A stretch of 56,911 nt of DNA, taken from positions 1-56,911 of IMG/VR virus record IMGVR_UViG_3300023179_000128; one strand, 5' to 3'. Shown piece by piece: positions 9,485-19,829 of the stretch. Source of the stretch: a virus. Its lineage: Duplodnaviria > Caudoviricetes. The translations under genes and the position numbers were made by a program. Each line of letters opens with the position of its first letter. Position 1 is the stretch's first letter. The notes below the pieces were generated by a model, which saw nothing but the letters and a program-made list of their open reading frames with translations, did not search any database and was not told the DNA's origin.

Positions 9485-10762
9485 ATGAAACCATTATTAT
9501 TTATAAGTTGTCCAGTAGAGACAATGTCCGGTTATGGAGCAAGATCAAGAGATATTATTAAAGCTATTTTAAAGTATGATAAATATGATGTTAAAATTAT
9601 TTCACAACGTTGGGGTAATACATCATATAATGCTTTAGATTTAAATAATCCAGAAGATAAACAATTGTATGATTTAATTTGGAGACAACCACAACTGCCT
9701 AAACAACCAGATGTATGGATTCAAATCACTGTACCAAATGAATTTCAACCAGTAGGAAAATATAATATTGGTATTACAGCTGGTATTGAAACAACAGTAT
9801 GTGATCCAAGTTGGTTAGAAGGTATTAATAGAATGAATTTAACATTAGTGTCATCTAATCATGCTAAACAAGTATTTGAACAATCAACATTTGAAAAACG
9901 TAATCAGCAAACTCAACAAGTTGAAGCAGTTATCAAATTAGAGAAACCAGTAGAAGTATTATTTGAAGGAGTTGATTTAAATAAATATTTTCATATATCT
10001 GATTCTGAATTAGAAGAAACTGATTTAGTATTATCATTAGATAAAATTAAAGAAGATTTTTGTTTCTTATTTGTTGGCCACTGGCTACAAGGACAAATAG
10101 GCGAAGATAGAAAGAATGTAGGTTATATGCTTAAAGCGTTCTTAGAAACATTTAAAAATAAAAAAATAGCACCTGCTTTAATTTTAAAAACATCTCAAGT
10201 AACTAATTCTATTATGGATAGAGATGAGATATTAAAGAAAATAGATGCTGTTAAACAAACAGTTAAAGGTGACTTACCTAACATTTACTTAATACATGGT
10301 GATTTAGAAGATAAGGATATAAATGATTTATATAACCACGGTAAAGTAAAAGCAATGGTATCATTAACTAAAGGTGAAGGATTTGGAAGACCATTACTTG
10401 AATTTAGTTTAAGTAAAAAACCAATTATAGCTAGTAATTGGAGTGGTCATTTAGATTTCTTGAATTTAGAATTCACTGTTCTAGTAGGTGGATCATTGAC
10501 TCCAGTTCATCAGTCAGCTCAATCTCAAAATATGATATTAGCTGAGTCACAATGGTTTACCCCAAATGATGCTAGTGTAGCTGATGCTTTTAAAAATGTT
10601 TATAATGATTATAAAAAATATTTTGAACTAGCTAAACGTCAAGCACATCATGCTAAAACAAATTTCTCATTTGATGAAATGGCTAAGGTATTAAATAATA
10701 TATTTGAAACAAAAATACCTAAACAAGTAGAATTAAAATTACCTAAACTTAAAAAATTATAA
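9485..10762 (+). CDS. Glycosyltransferase, GT-B/GT4-like
   Basis: SGYG, FLFVG...RKN, EGFGRPLLE (EX7E), SGHLDF. Confidence 0.9.
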   Translation: MKPLLFISCPVETMSGYGARSRDIIKAILKYDKYDVKIISQRWGNTSYNALDLNNPEDKQLYDLIWRQPQLPKQPDVWIQITVPNEFQPVGKYNIGITAGIETTVCDPSWLEGINRMNLTLVSSNHAKQVFEQSTFEKRNQQTQQVEAVIKLEKPVEVLFEGVDLNKYFHISDSELEETDLVLSLDKIKEDFCFLFVGHWLQGQIGEDRKNVGYMLKAFLETFKNKKIAPALILKTSQVTNSIMDRDEILKKIDAVKQTVKGDLPNIYLIHGDLEDKDINDLYNHGKVKAMVSLTKGEGFGRPLLEFSLSKKPIIASNWSGHLDFLNLEFTVLVGGSLTPVHQSAQSQNMILAESQWFTPNDASVADAFKNVYNDYKKYFELAKRQAHHAKTNFSFDEMAKVLNNIFETKIPKQVELKLPKLKKL

Positions 10763-10763
10763 A

Positions 10764-11192
10764 ATGGAAGATAAATTAACAACATGTTCTAGATGTGAAT
10801 CAGATGCTTGCTATGAACATAACCATCAAGGTATAACAATATGGAGCTGCATGGGTTGTGGTTTTACAACTAATGAATTAATGATTGATGAAAGTGAATT
10901 AGTTAAAGCAACTGAAGAAGTAATGCCTGAGTTATATAAAGATCTTAGATTCATAGATTATAAAAATCAAGTATGGTATCCAACAGTTGTTAATATTGAA
11001 GATAAAGGTACTGTATTTATAAATGGTACTACTAAAGAAAATTGGGGTTGGGCGGGAATTAAAGCAATAGAAACAACAGAAGAAGAAAAAGAAAAATTTA
11101 AAGGAGCTAAGTTTAAATCAGATCCTAAAACATTAAAAATGTTCGATAAAAAATCATTTGATGAAGCTTGTTCTTATATTGGATTAATTTAA
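10764..11192 (+). CDS. Zinc-ribbon hypothetical protein
   Basis: CSRC...CMGC. Confidence 0.65.
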   Translation: MEDKLTTCSRCESDACYEHNHQGITIWSCMGCGFTTNELMIDESELVKATEEVMPELYKDLRFIDYKNQVWYPTVVNIEDKGTVFINGTTKENWGWAGIKAIETTEEEKEKFKGAKFKSDPKTLKMFDKKSFDEACSYIGLI

Positions 11193-11202
11193 AAATACAG
11201 TT

Positions 11203-11829
11203 ATGACAACAATTAGTTTTGCAATTACAACTTGTAATGAACATATTGAGTTAGAACGACTATTAAAACAAATAATCTCAATCATCAAACCAGGTGATGA
11301 AATAATAGTTCAACTAGACAATACAGCTACTCCTAAAGTAAAAGAAGTAGCTGAAAAATATAATATTGGTTATAAATTTGAATACCATAGGATATATGCC
11401 TCATTGAATGGTGATTTTGCTACATTTAAAAATAATTTAAAAAAACATTGTACACGTGATTGGATTTTCTTTATTGATGCTGATGAATTTTTAGGAGATG
11501 ATTTAGCTAATAATATTCATGAAATATTAGATGTAAATCATAATATTGTAGATGTAATAGCAGTACCTAGAATTAATACAGTTGAAGGACTAACTCGGAA
11601 TCATATTGATAAATGGAGATGGTTTGTAGATGATAATAATTGGATTAATTACCCAGATTATCAAACTCGCATATGTTCTAACAAACCAGAAATAAATTGG
11701 GTAAATAAAGTACATGAACATTTATCAGGTTGGAAAACAATAGCTAATTTACCTCATGGGTATGACTTAATACATCCTAAAACAATTGATAAACAAGAAA
11801 AACAAAATAATTTTTATGACACATTATAA
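11203..11829 (+). CDS. Glycosyltransferase family 2
   Basis: ISFAITTCNE, WIFFIDADE (DxD), VHE. Confidence 0.88.
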   Translation: MTTISFAITTCNEHIELERLLKQIISIIKPGDEIIVQLDNTATPKVKEVAEKYNIGYKFEYHRIYASLNGDFATFKNNLKKHCTRDWIFFIDADEFLGDDLANNIHEILDVNHNIVDVIAVPRINTVEGLTRNHIDKWRWFVDDNNWINYPDYQTRICSNKPEINWVNKVHEHLSGWKTIANLPHGYDLIHPKTIDKQEKQNNFYDTL

Positions 11830-12709
11830 TAGAATTTTTATAACTGGGGCTAATGGAATGTTAGGTACAACATTAAAAAGTCTTATTGATAATAATAAAC
11901 TTTTTTTAACTGATAAAGAATTATCTGAAAATATAGTTTACTGCGATATCAGAGATTTAAATCATACATCCCAACTAGTCAAAACTTACCAACCAGATAT
12001 TATTTTAAATTTTGCTGCTATAGTAGATTTAGAATATGCTGAACAAGAAAAAGATGATTGTTATTTAACAAATACAATAGCCGCTATTAATTTATTTAAT
12101 TTATCTAAAGAATTAAATATACCATATGTGTTTATTAGTACAGCTGGTATATTTGGAGATGATAAAGAATTTTACACTGAAGAAGATAAACCATATCCAC
12201 TTAGTGCTTATGGTAAAAGTAAATATTATACTGAACAACTAATGCTAAATCAAAACTATGAAAAGTATTGGATATTCAGAGCAGGATGGATGATGGGAGG
12301 TGGACCAGATAAAGATAAAAAATTTGTTAATAAGATAATGAAACAAATTAACTCAGGAGCTAAAGAATTATATGTGGTGGATGATAAATTAGGAGTACCT
12401 ACTTATACTAAAGACTTCGCTCAATCTATTTTGAGACATATAGAAGAAGACTTACCTTATGGTTTATATAATATGGTTAGTCAAGGTGAAGCAAGTAGAT
12501 ATGACACAGCAGTTGCTATTAAAGAACATCTTAATTTAGACATTACAATTCATAAAGTGACAAGTGATCATTTTAAACAAGAATATTTTGCTCATAGACC
12601 ATATTCAGAAAAATTAATTAATAATAAATTAAATAAGCTAAATAAGAATTATATGAGAGAATGGAAGGTGTGTTTGCATGAATATTTAGATGAACATTTT
12701 AAAAAATAA
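11816..12709 (+). CDS. rmlD: dTDP-4-dehydrorhamnose reductase (RmlD-like SDR)
   Basis: ITGANGMLG, FISTAGIF, YGKSK, VVDDKLGVPTY; likely start ATG 11816. Confidence 0.85.
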   Translation: MTHYNRIFITGANGMLGTTLKSLIDNNKLFLTDKELSENIVYCDIRDLNHTSQLVKTYQPDIILNFAAIVDLEYAEQEKDDCYLTNTIAAINLFNLSKELNIPYVFISTAGIFGDDKEFYTEEDKPYPLSAYGKSKYYTEQLMLNQNYEKYWIFRAGWMMGGGPDKDKKFVNKIMKQINSGAKELYVVDDKLGVPTYTKDFAQSILRHIEEDLPYGLYNMVSQGEASRYDTAVAIKEHLNLDITIHKVTSDHFKQEYFAHRPYSEKLINNKLNKLNKNYMREWKVCLHEYLDEHFKK

Positions 12710-12712
12710 ATA

Positions 12713-13813
12713 ATGTACGATTACTTAATAGTTGGAGCTGGGTTGTATGGACTTGTTAATGCTCGTTTATTAACAGATGCTGGTAAGAAATGTTTAGTTA
12801 TAGACAAACGAGATCATATTGGGGGAAATTGTCACACTGAAGATGTAGATGGAATTAAAGTTCATAAATATGGTCCTCATATTTTTCATACTGATATTCC
12901 TGAAGTATGGGAGTTTATTAATAAGTATACTACTATTAATCATTTTTCATGTAGACCTAAATTACGTTATGAGGATAAAATATACTCATTTCCTATTAAC
13001 TTATTAACATTACATCAAGTATATGGAGTACTTACTCCAGATGAAGCTAAAGTTAAAATTGATGAAGTAACTAAACCATATAAAGAATTATACCCTGAGC
13101 CTAAAAATGCTTATGAGTATGGAATGCAATTAGTAGGACCAGAATTATATTCTATATTCTATGAAGGATATCTTAAAAAACAATGGAAAAAAGATCCTAA
13201 AGATATACCAGCAGATATTTTACAAAGACAAATATTCAGATTAAAATTTGAAGATAGTTACTATCATCATTCACATCAAGGTATTCCTAATTATAATTTA
13301 TTGTTTGATAACTTAAGTAAAAATATTGATGTGATTACTGATGTTGATTATTTAAAAGATAAGCAATATTGGGACAGTAAAACTAAAGAAATAATTTATA
13401 CAGGTCCTATAGATAGATATTTTAATTATCAATTTGGTCCTTTAGAATATCGTTCATTAATCTTTAAACATGAACGCTTAGATATACCTGATTACCAAGG
13501 TACATTCATGATGAGTTACCCAGAACCAAAATATGATTTTACTAGAATTATAGAACATAAACATTTTGAATTTGGAACTCAGCCATTCACTGTCATAACA
13601 AAAGAATATCCTGATGATTGGAGTATAGGTAAAGAATCATATTACCCAGTCAATGATGAAAAAAATCAATTAATATATAATAAGTACTTTGAATTAATTA
13701 AAAATGAATCTAATGTTTATTTTGGAGGACGAATGGGAAGTTATAAATATCTAAATATGGATGAAACAATAGATTTAGCTTTAAGATTATCAAGTCAAAT
13801 ATTAAACAAATGA
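12713..13813 (+). CDS. glf: UDP-galactopyranose mutase
   Basis: YDYLIVGAG, HIGGN, HKYGPHIFHT, LEYRSL, YYPVN, GRMGSYKYLNMD. Confidence 0.95.
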   Translation: MYDYLIVGAGLYGLVNARLLTDAGKKCLVIDKRDHIGGNCHTEDVDGIKVHKYGPHIFHTDIPEVWEFINKYTTINHFSCRPKLRYEDKIYSFPINLLTLHQVYGVLTPDEAKVKIDEVTKPYKELYPEPKNAYEYGMQLVGPELYSIFYEGYLKKQWKKDPKDIPADILQRQIFRLKFEDSYYHHSHQGIPNYNLLFDNLSKNIDVITDVDYLKDKQYWDSKTKEIIYTGPIDRYFNYQFGPLEYRSLIFKHERLDIPDYQGTFMMSYPEPKYDFTRIIEHKHFEFGTQPFTVITKEYPDDWSIGKESYYPVNDEKNQLIYNKYFELIKNESNVYFGGRMGSYKYLNMDETIDLALRLSSQILNK

Positions 13814-14772
13814 AAAAAATAGTATTCCAATCACAAATGGGTTTTGTAGGTCAAATACCTAGAACTCATACTAATATGAGAGTAGAATTTGCTCAAATGT
13901 GTGCTTTACAAGCAGATCATTATCCATTATTATTTGATACTAGTAAAGTAACTAAAAAATATGATATAGCAGTTCTATTAATACCTAAAACTCCAGCTGA
14001 TAGAGATAGATTATATAATGTAGATGTAGTAGCTGAGGCAAGGAAAATAGCTGATAAAGTGTTGTTTATGCAAGAGGGTCCAAGTTGGATTTATCAAGAC
14101 TTACCTGTACATCAACAAATATGGCATTATAATTTATTAACCAGTGTAGATGGTATTTTGACTGAGAATGAAACTGATATACCTTATTTCAAAGGTATTA
14201 ATTCTAAAGTATCAATTCAAGATATACCTTCATTAATGATTGAGGATAGTGTTTTAAATGCTAGACTAATTGAGAAACAAGATAAGATTATAATTGGAGG
14301 TAATTTTACTAGATGGTATGGTGGATTTGATAGTTATGTTATTGCAACTGAATTTGATTTACCTATATATTGTCCTAGTATGGGACGTAAACAACCAAAT
14401 GAAGAACAATTAGTTACTCATTTACCTTACTTACAATGGAATGAATGGATTAGTGCTTTAGCAGAGTTTAAATATGCTATACATTTAATGCCTACAATAG
14501 CGGCGGGCACATTTGCTATGAACTGTGGTTTCTTAGGCATACCATGTATTGGATATAATGAAACTGATACTCAAAGAAAAATACACCCTAAGTTAAGTGT
14601 TGGTTTAGGTGATTTAGAATCAGCTAGAAAATTAGCTATTGAATTAAAAAATAATGAATCGTTCTATAAAGAATGTTCTATTGATGCTAAAGATAATTAC
14701 AAAAATTTAATTAGTGAAGCTCAATTTTTAAGTAAAATGGAAAATTACTTTAATCAGTTATGCAAAAACTAA
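13810..14772 (+). CDS. Putative GT-B fold glycosyltransferase
   Basis: C-terminal AAGTFAMNCGFLGIPCIG; cluster context. Confidence 0.55.
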   Translation: MKKIVFQSQMGFVGQIPRTHTNMRVEFAQMCALQADHYPLLFDTSKVTKKYDIAVLLIPKTPADRDRLYNVDVVAEARKIADKVLFMQEGPSWIYQDLPVHQQIWHYNLLTSVDGILTENETDIPYFKGINSKVSIQDIPSLMIEDSVLNARLIEKQDKIIIGGNFTRWYGGFDSYVIATEFDLPIYCPSMGRKQPNEEQLVTHLPYLQWNEWISALAEFKYAIHLMPTIAAGTFAMNCGFLGIPCIGYNETDTQRKIHPKLSVGLGDLESARKLAIELKNNESFYKECSIDAKDNYKNLISEAQFLSKMENYFNQLCKN

Positions 14773-15437
14773 ATATAATAGTAGCTATAGATGATACACA
14801 CCCAGAACCAAATTGGGGATGTGAAGGTGATCAATCAGTAGAGTATTTAAAAGAACTAAATAAAGAATTTGGATGTAAATTTGTTTTATTTACTCCATCC
14901 AACTACCATAATAAATTTCCTTTATCACAACATAAAGATTGGGTTGATTATTGGTTACAATATAATTGGATTGAATTAGCAGGACATGGTCATTACCATA
15001 AACGTACTGTTGTAGACCCAGGTTGTCGTGAATGTGAGTTTGTAGAATTAGATTATAATCAAGCTAAAGCTAGGCTACAAGATAGTTTAAATGAATGGAA
15101 ACAAGCAGGATATGTACCAACAGGATGGAGAATGCCAGGTTGGTTAGCTACACAAGGTAGTTTTGACGCTGTTAGTGAATTATTTGGTTACACAGCAATT
15201 CATTCGTATCTTAATGATAATATGAAAGTAAATAATAGAATATTCAAAGGTGAAAGTTCAATCCATAATGATGAATCAGTAACAATAATTGATAATACAA
15301 TTTATTTTCAATCTCATATATGGGGTGAATATAATAAAAATAATTGGACTGAAGAAAATTATTTAAACTTTAGAACCATATTACTCTATTTAAAAGATAA
15401 TTTTAAATTAGAATATAAACTATTTAATGAATTATGA
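14760..15437 (+). CDS. Polysaccharide deacetylase-like (NodB/DUF2334 type)
   Basis: IDD, ELAGHGHYH, GWRMPGW motifs. Confidence 0.75.
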   Translation: MQKLNIIVAIDDTHPEPNWGCEGDQSVEYLKELNKEFGCKFVLFTPSNYHNKFPLSQHKDWVDYWLQYNWIELAGHGHYHKRTVVDPGCRECEFVELDYNQAKARLQDSLNEWKQAGYVPTGWRMPGWLATQGSFDAVSELFGYTAIHSYLNDNMKVNNRIFKGESSIHNDESVTIIDNTIYFQSHIWGEYNKNNWTEENYLNFRTILLYLKDNFKLEYKLFNEL

Positions 15438-16321
15438 GAAATATAATTTTTGTAGGGCATAGTACATCTGGTGCTTGTAAAATGAGAGGTGTACAGACTG
15501 TACAAGCATTAGAAAAATATAGTAGTTTAAAACCATCTTATATATTAGGAAATATATTTGTAAAAGAAATTAACACAATCAAAAATTCAGTAATTATTTT
15601 TGTTGGTGAGCCATTACATATAGTTGATATACAAATGTTACAAACATTACATAAAAATAATAATATTCTAATATATGATGTGATTGATAATTTTTGTTTT
15701 GAACATACTAATTTATTTTATAATAATGACTTAATAGATCATTATCAGAATTTAGATGTTATTATACATACTAATTTATATTCTAAAAATAAATTTGAAG
15801 AGTATTTACGTGATGTTAAACATACTGTTATTCCTCATCAGTGGGATATAGATAATGAAAACTTATTAGTACCTAATATTACTAACACTAATATTGCTTC
15901 TTATATAGGAGGTTTAAGTGGTTTTCAATTAGATAAAAATAAATTAATAGGTTATGTTGATGTTTTTGATAATCCATTAGATGGAAATAACCAACAATCA
16001 AAATATAATATACATAGTAGTTTTAGATCAAATTTATCATTAGATTATTTTTTTAAACCATGTACTAAATTAGCTATATCATCTTGTTTTGGAGCATTAT
16101 TAATAACTAGTAGAGAAGAATCAGTGGTTGATATTGTAGGTGAATCTTATGAGTTTTATGTTAATAATGAAGATGATTTTAAAAATAAAATAGATAAAAT
16201 TAGAGGAATGAGTATGAATCAAATTCATCATTATAGAGATAATATGTTGAATATTAAAGAATATTTAAGTCCTAAATCTACAGTTAATAGATATAATAAA
16301 TTAATAAAAAAATATATATGA
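15434..16321 (+). CDS. Putative glycosyltransferase-like protein
   Basis: IIYDVID-like motif, KPCTKL; cluster context. Confidence 0.45.
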   Translation: MRNIIFVGHSTSGACKMRGVQTVQALEKYSSLKPSYILGNIFVKEINTIKNSVIIFVGEPLHIVDIQMLQTLHKNNNILIYDVIDNFCFEHTNLFYNNDLIDHYQNLDVIIHTNLYSKNKFEEYLRDVKHTVIPHQWDIDNENLLVPNITNTNIASYIGGLSGFQLDKNKLIGYVDVFDNPLDGNNQQSKYNIHSSFRSNLSLDYFFKPCTKLAISSCFGALLITSREESVVDIVGESYEFYVNNEDDFKNKIDKIRGMSMNQIHHYRDNMLNIKEYLSPKSTVNRYNKLIKKYI

Positions 16322-17238
16322 AAGTATTAGTAACAGGTGGTGCAGGTTTTATAGGCTCCAATTTAGTAGATGCCTTAATAGATAAAGGGTATGAGGTAGG
16401 AATTATAGATGATTTTTCTACTGGTAAACGAAGTAATGTTAATCCAAAAGCAACATTATATGAAGTTAGTTTACATAAAGCATCAACAGATGAGTTAGTA
16501 AGTATATTATCAGGTTATGAAAAAGTATTTCACACTGCAGCATTTGCTCGTGTACAACCAAGTATTACAGACCCAATCTCATTTAATGATGTAAATGTGA
16601 ATGGTACTCTTAATTTATTATTTGCTTGTTATAAAGCAGGAGTGAAAAAAGTAATTTACAGCGCTTCAAGTTCAGCGTATGGTGATACTAAAATATTCCC
16701 AACTCCAGAAACAGCAGGTACTGATCCAATGTCACCTTATGGCTTACAAAAATATATTGGAGAACAATATTGTAGAATGTTTAGTTTAGTATATGGTTTA
16801 GACACTGTTAACTTAAGATATTTTAATATATATGGTCCTAGAATGAATTTTGAAGGTGCATATAAAACAGTTATCGGAGTATTTGGACAACAAAAATCAT
16901 TAGGTAAACCACTTACAATAACTAATGATGGTGAACAAAGTAGAGATTTTACTCATGTTTATGATGTTGTAGATGCTAATATTAAAGCGGCTGAATATGA
17001 GACTAAATTAAATGGAGAAGTATTTAATATTGGAAATGGTAGAGATATTACTATTAATAAAATAGCTGATTTAATTAGTGATCAAAAAATATACACTGGT
17101 GATGTTTTAGAACCTAGAAAAAATAATGCTGACAATACTAAAGCAAAACAAATATTAGGTTGGGAACCAAAATATAATGTTGAAGATTTTATATTAAATG
17201 GGTTAGATGAAGAAGTAAAAAAACTAAATATAGTATAA
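16318..17238 (+). CDS. NAD-dependent nucleotide-sugar epimerase/dehydratase
   Basis: VTGGAGFIGS, SASSSAYG, YGLQK, RYFNIYGP, RDFTHV. Confidence 0.93.
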   Translation: MKVLVTGGAGFIGSNLVDALIDKGYEVGIIDDFSTGKRSNVNPKATLYEVSLHKASTDELVSILSGYEKVFHTAAFARVQPSITDPISFNDVNVNGTLNLLFACYKAGVKKVIYSASSSAYGDTKIFPTPETAGTDPMSPYGLQKYIGEQYCRMFSLVYGLDTVNLRYFNIYGPRMNFEGAYKTVIGVFGQQKSLGKPLTITNDGEQSRDFTHVYDVVDANIKAAEYETKLNGEVFNIGNGRDITINKIADLISDQKIYTGDVLEPRKNNADNTKAKQILGWEPKYNVEDFILNGLDEEVKKLNIV

Positions 17239-18413
17239 TGAATAAAATAACATTTGTATTACCAAGTAGAAATAATTTAGAGTTTTTACAACTAGCTTAT
17301 AAATCAATACGTGACTTAGAAACTAAACATGAAGTATTAGTTTTAGATGATGCTAGTACGGACGGTACTCAAGAATGGATTAAATCACTTAATGATGAGG
17401 ATTTAATTACTTATTACAACCCAGGACCAGAACGTATTGGTATTGTAGGTATGTTTGATAAAGGTATTGAAATGGCTAGAACAGAAATTATATTTGCATT
17501 TCACGCTGATATGGTCGCGTGTAAGGATCTAGATAAAAATATTTTAAAACATCTTAAACCATGTACAGTAGTAAGTGCGACTAGGATAGAACCACCATTA
17601 CATCCAGCGGGACTAGAAAAAATAACTGTTGATTTTGGAGTTGAAGCTGATCAATTTGATTTTAGTAAGTGGTATAATGAAAGTGAATCATTAAAACAAG
17701 ATAAGACAACAGAAGGTATATTTGCTCCTTGGTGTATGTACAAATCAGATTATTTAGCTGTAGGCGGACATGATGAATTATTTGCTCCACAATCAAAAGA
17801 AGATAGTGATTTATTTAATCGTTTTGTTTTAAATGGTTATCAAATACTTCAATCATGGGATGCTTTAGTTTATCACTTTACTAGTCGTGGTAGTCGATTT
17901 AATAAACATGCTGGTGGAGCAGCTGGTAAGAATAGTGAGGAATGGCTTTACACAACAAATAAAAACGCTAGAAACTTTATTCGTAAATGGGGACATTTTG
18001 TTAAACATGATGCTTTTATGAAACCAATTATACCTCACAAGTATAATATTGGATTTGTAGTTCACACTTGTAATTTAGAAAAATTAGCTGTTTTAGAACC
18101 ATGGTGTAGTACAATTTATATTGAAGATACAGATGTATTAACATCACACTATTTAGATTTAGAACAACAACATACAACAATAAACTTAGCTGATAAAATT
18201 AAAGTAATAGGATATAGTGCTCCTGACAATGATATAGTAGTTGAGTTTGAAACTACCAAATTAAACCAAGAATCATTTAATATATTAATGCAACTACCAG
18301 AAATAATTGCTGAATCAGGTGAGATAGGAACATTTGAATTAGATATATTTAAAATTACTATTAACAATATGACTACTTATGAACATGATCTTATCCATAT
18401 TTATAACAAATAA
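17238..18413 (+). CDS. Glycosyltransferase family 2
   Basis: LDDASTDGT, FHAD, GGHDE...KEDSD, VYH. Confidence 0.88.
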   Translation: MNKITFVLPSRNNLEFLQLAYKSIRDLETKHEVLVLDDASTDGTQEWIKSLNDEDLITYYNPGPERIGIVGMFDKGIEMARTEIIFAFHADMVACKDLDKNILKHLKPCTVVSATRIEPPLHPAGLEKITVDFGVEADQFDFSKWYNESESLKQDKTTEGIFAPWCMYKSDYLAVGGHDELFAPQSKEDSDLFNRFVLNGYQILQSWDALVYHFTSRGSRFNKHAGGAAGKNSEEWLYTTNKNARNFIRKWGHFVKHDAFMKPIIPHKYNIGFVVHTCNLEKLAVLEPWCSTIYIEDTDVLTSHYLDLEQQHTTINLADKIKVIGYSAPDNDIVVEFETTKLNQESFNILMQLPEIIAESGEIGTFELDIFKITINNMTTYEHDLIHIYNK

Positions 18414-18419
18414 AATATT

Positions 18420-18737
18420 ATGGCTAAGAAAACAAGAACTATCCCTACAGTTATGTTTAATATAAATGGTGAAGGGATCATTGATATTGAAGCACTTTGC
18501 AATAATGAATCCTTTACTAGAGCAGTTTATAAAGAAACAGTAGCTGGAATTAAAGATGCTATTGATAATAAAAGAAAAATAGCTGTATTATTTGAATTAG
18601 ATAAAAGTGATTATTTTGTTGAAATAAATAAAACACAATGGAAAACAGCTTTACAATCATGTATTGATAAACTTATAGAAAGTGAAGCATATGAAGCTTG
18701 TAGTGAAATAAAAGTGCTAATGGATAAAATAAAATAA
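18420..18737 (+). CDS. Hypothetical protein with UVR-like C-terminal helix pair; paralog of 23340-23633
   Basis: QWKTALQSC...EAYEACSEIK. Confidence 0.55.
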   Translation: MAKKTRTIPTVMFNINGEGIIDIEALCNNESFTRAVYKETVAGIKDAIDNKRKIAVLFELDKSDYFVEINKTQWKTALQSCIDKLIESEAYEACSEIKVLMDKIK

Positions 18738-19151
18738 ATGAACTCAAATAATAGTTACGATGATATAAAAAAAGCAATAGATGCTTTACTTAAAATAAAC
18801 TCAACAGTCAAGAGAAAGAAAAAAGCATATGTTGATAAACAAAAGGATTTATTTACAGGTATTATAATGGCTTTACAGGCAGTTCAAACTAGGACTATCT
18901 TGACCCAAACTGAATTAAAACTTGATTTTAGTAGTTATGATGAGATGTTTTTACAAGTGATAGATTCACTTATACTTTTACATTTCGGAAAAGAGGGTTA
19001 TGAAGTAATTAGTTTCTACTTATGGGAGAAATTTAACCCAGATGGTTCAATTAATGATTTATATGATGAGGATGAAAATATAATTCCATCTGAGACAATT
19101 GAAGACATTTGGAATATATTACTTAAAATAAAATTGAACAATGAAAAATAA
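18738..19151 (+). CDS. Hypothetical protein
   Basis: Contiguous ORF. Confidence 0.7.
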   Translation: MNSNNSYDDIKKAIDALLKINSTVKRKKKAYVDKQKDLFTGIIMALQAVQTRTILTQTELKLDFSSYDEMFLQVIDSLILLHFGKEGYEVISFYLWEKFNPDGSINDLYDEDENIIPSETIEDIWNILLKIKLNNEK

Positions 19152-19154
19152 GTT

Positions 19155-19784
19155 ATGTTACCTAAACCATTACTCAAAAGTGATATAGAAAGAGCAATGG
19201 CGATGACTAAGTCAAATCGCTCAGCTGCTAGATATTTACATGTCAGTTATATTCATTATAAAAAATATGCTAAGAATTTCACTGATGATAGTGGAGTAAC
19301 ATTGTTTGATAAACATAAAAATCAATCAGGTAAAGGTATATCTAAGTTCTTATCTAATAAAGGTAAGGAGCCAGCATTAATGGATATAATAGAAGGTAGA
19401 GTACCTATTGATTCATACACACCTGAGAAATTAAAGAATAGATTAATACAAGAAAGTTACTTACAAGAATGTTGTTCCAAATGTCAATTTAATGAACGTA
19501 GAGTACTTGATTATAAGGTACCACTTATACTTAATTTTAAAGATGGTAATAAGAAAAATTGGACATTAGAAAATTTAGAGTTATTATGTTACAATCATTA
19601 CTTCTTATATGTTGGAAATATATTTACAACTAAACAAATACAACACTTAGAAGATTATAATCCATCAACATTTCAAGGTAAAACAGATTGGGAATTAGAT
19701 GATTACTATAAAGAACATCTACAAAACTTAGGAGTAATTGACCAGGATGAGGATCCAGGTAGCGAATTTATCTCTAAAGTCTGA
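19155..19784 (+). CDS. HTH plus degenerate HNH-like domain protein
   Basis: SNRSAARYLHVSY (HTH); CSKC...LNFKDGN...LENLELLCYNH. Confidence 0.65.
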   Translation: MLPKPLLKSDIERAMAMTKSNRSAARYLHVSYIHYKKYAKNFTDDSGVTLFDKHKNQSGKGISKFLSNKGKEPALMDIIEGRVPIDSYTPEKLKNRLIQESYLQECCSKCQFNERRVLDYKVPLILNFKDGNKKNWTLENLELLCYNHYFLYVGNIFTTKQIQHLEDYNPSTFQGKTDWELDDYYKEHLQNLGVIDQDEDPGSEFISKV

Positions 19785-19807
19785 CCGCAGCTCCCTACTT
19801 ATATTTA
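19782..19807 (+). promoter_or_regulatory. TGACC-N13-TAWMTTTA element
   Basis: TGACC gcagctccctact TATATTTA; TGA is the upstream stop. Confidence 0.75.
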
Positions 19808-19829
19808 ATTATAAATAAAAATAAAGGTT

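Noticed and set aside
8048-18413. Host LPS/capsule locus (chimeric contig or prophage flank)
   Set aside because: Same composition, packing and motifs as flanking phage genes; no wzx/wzy/ABC export genes
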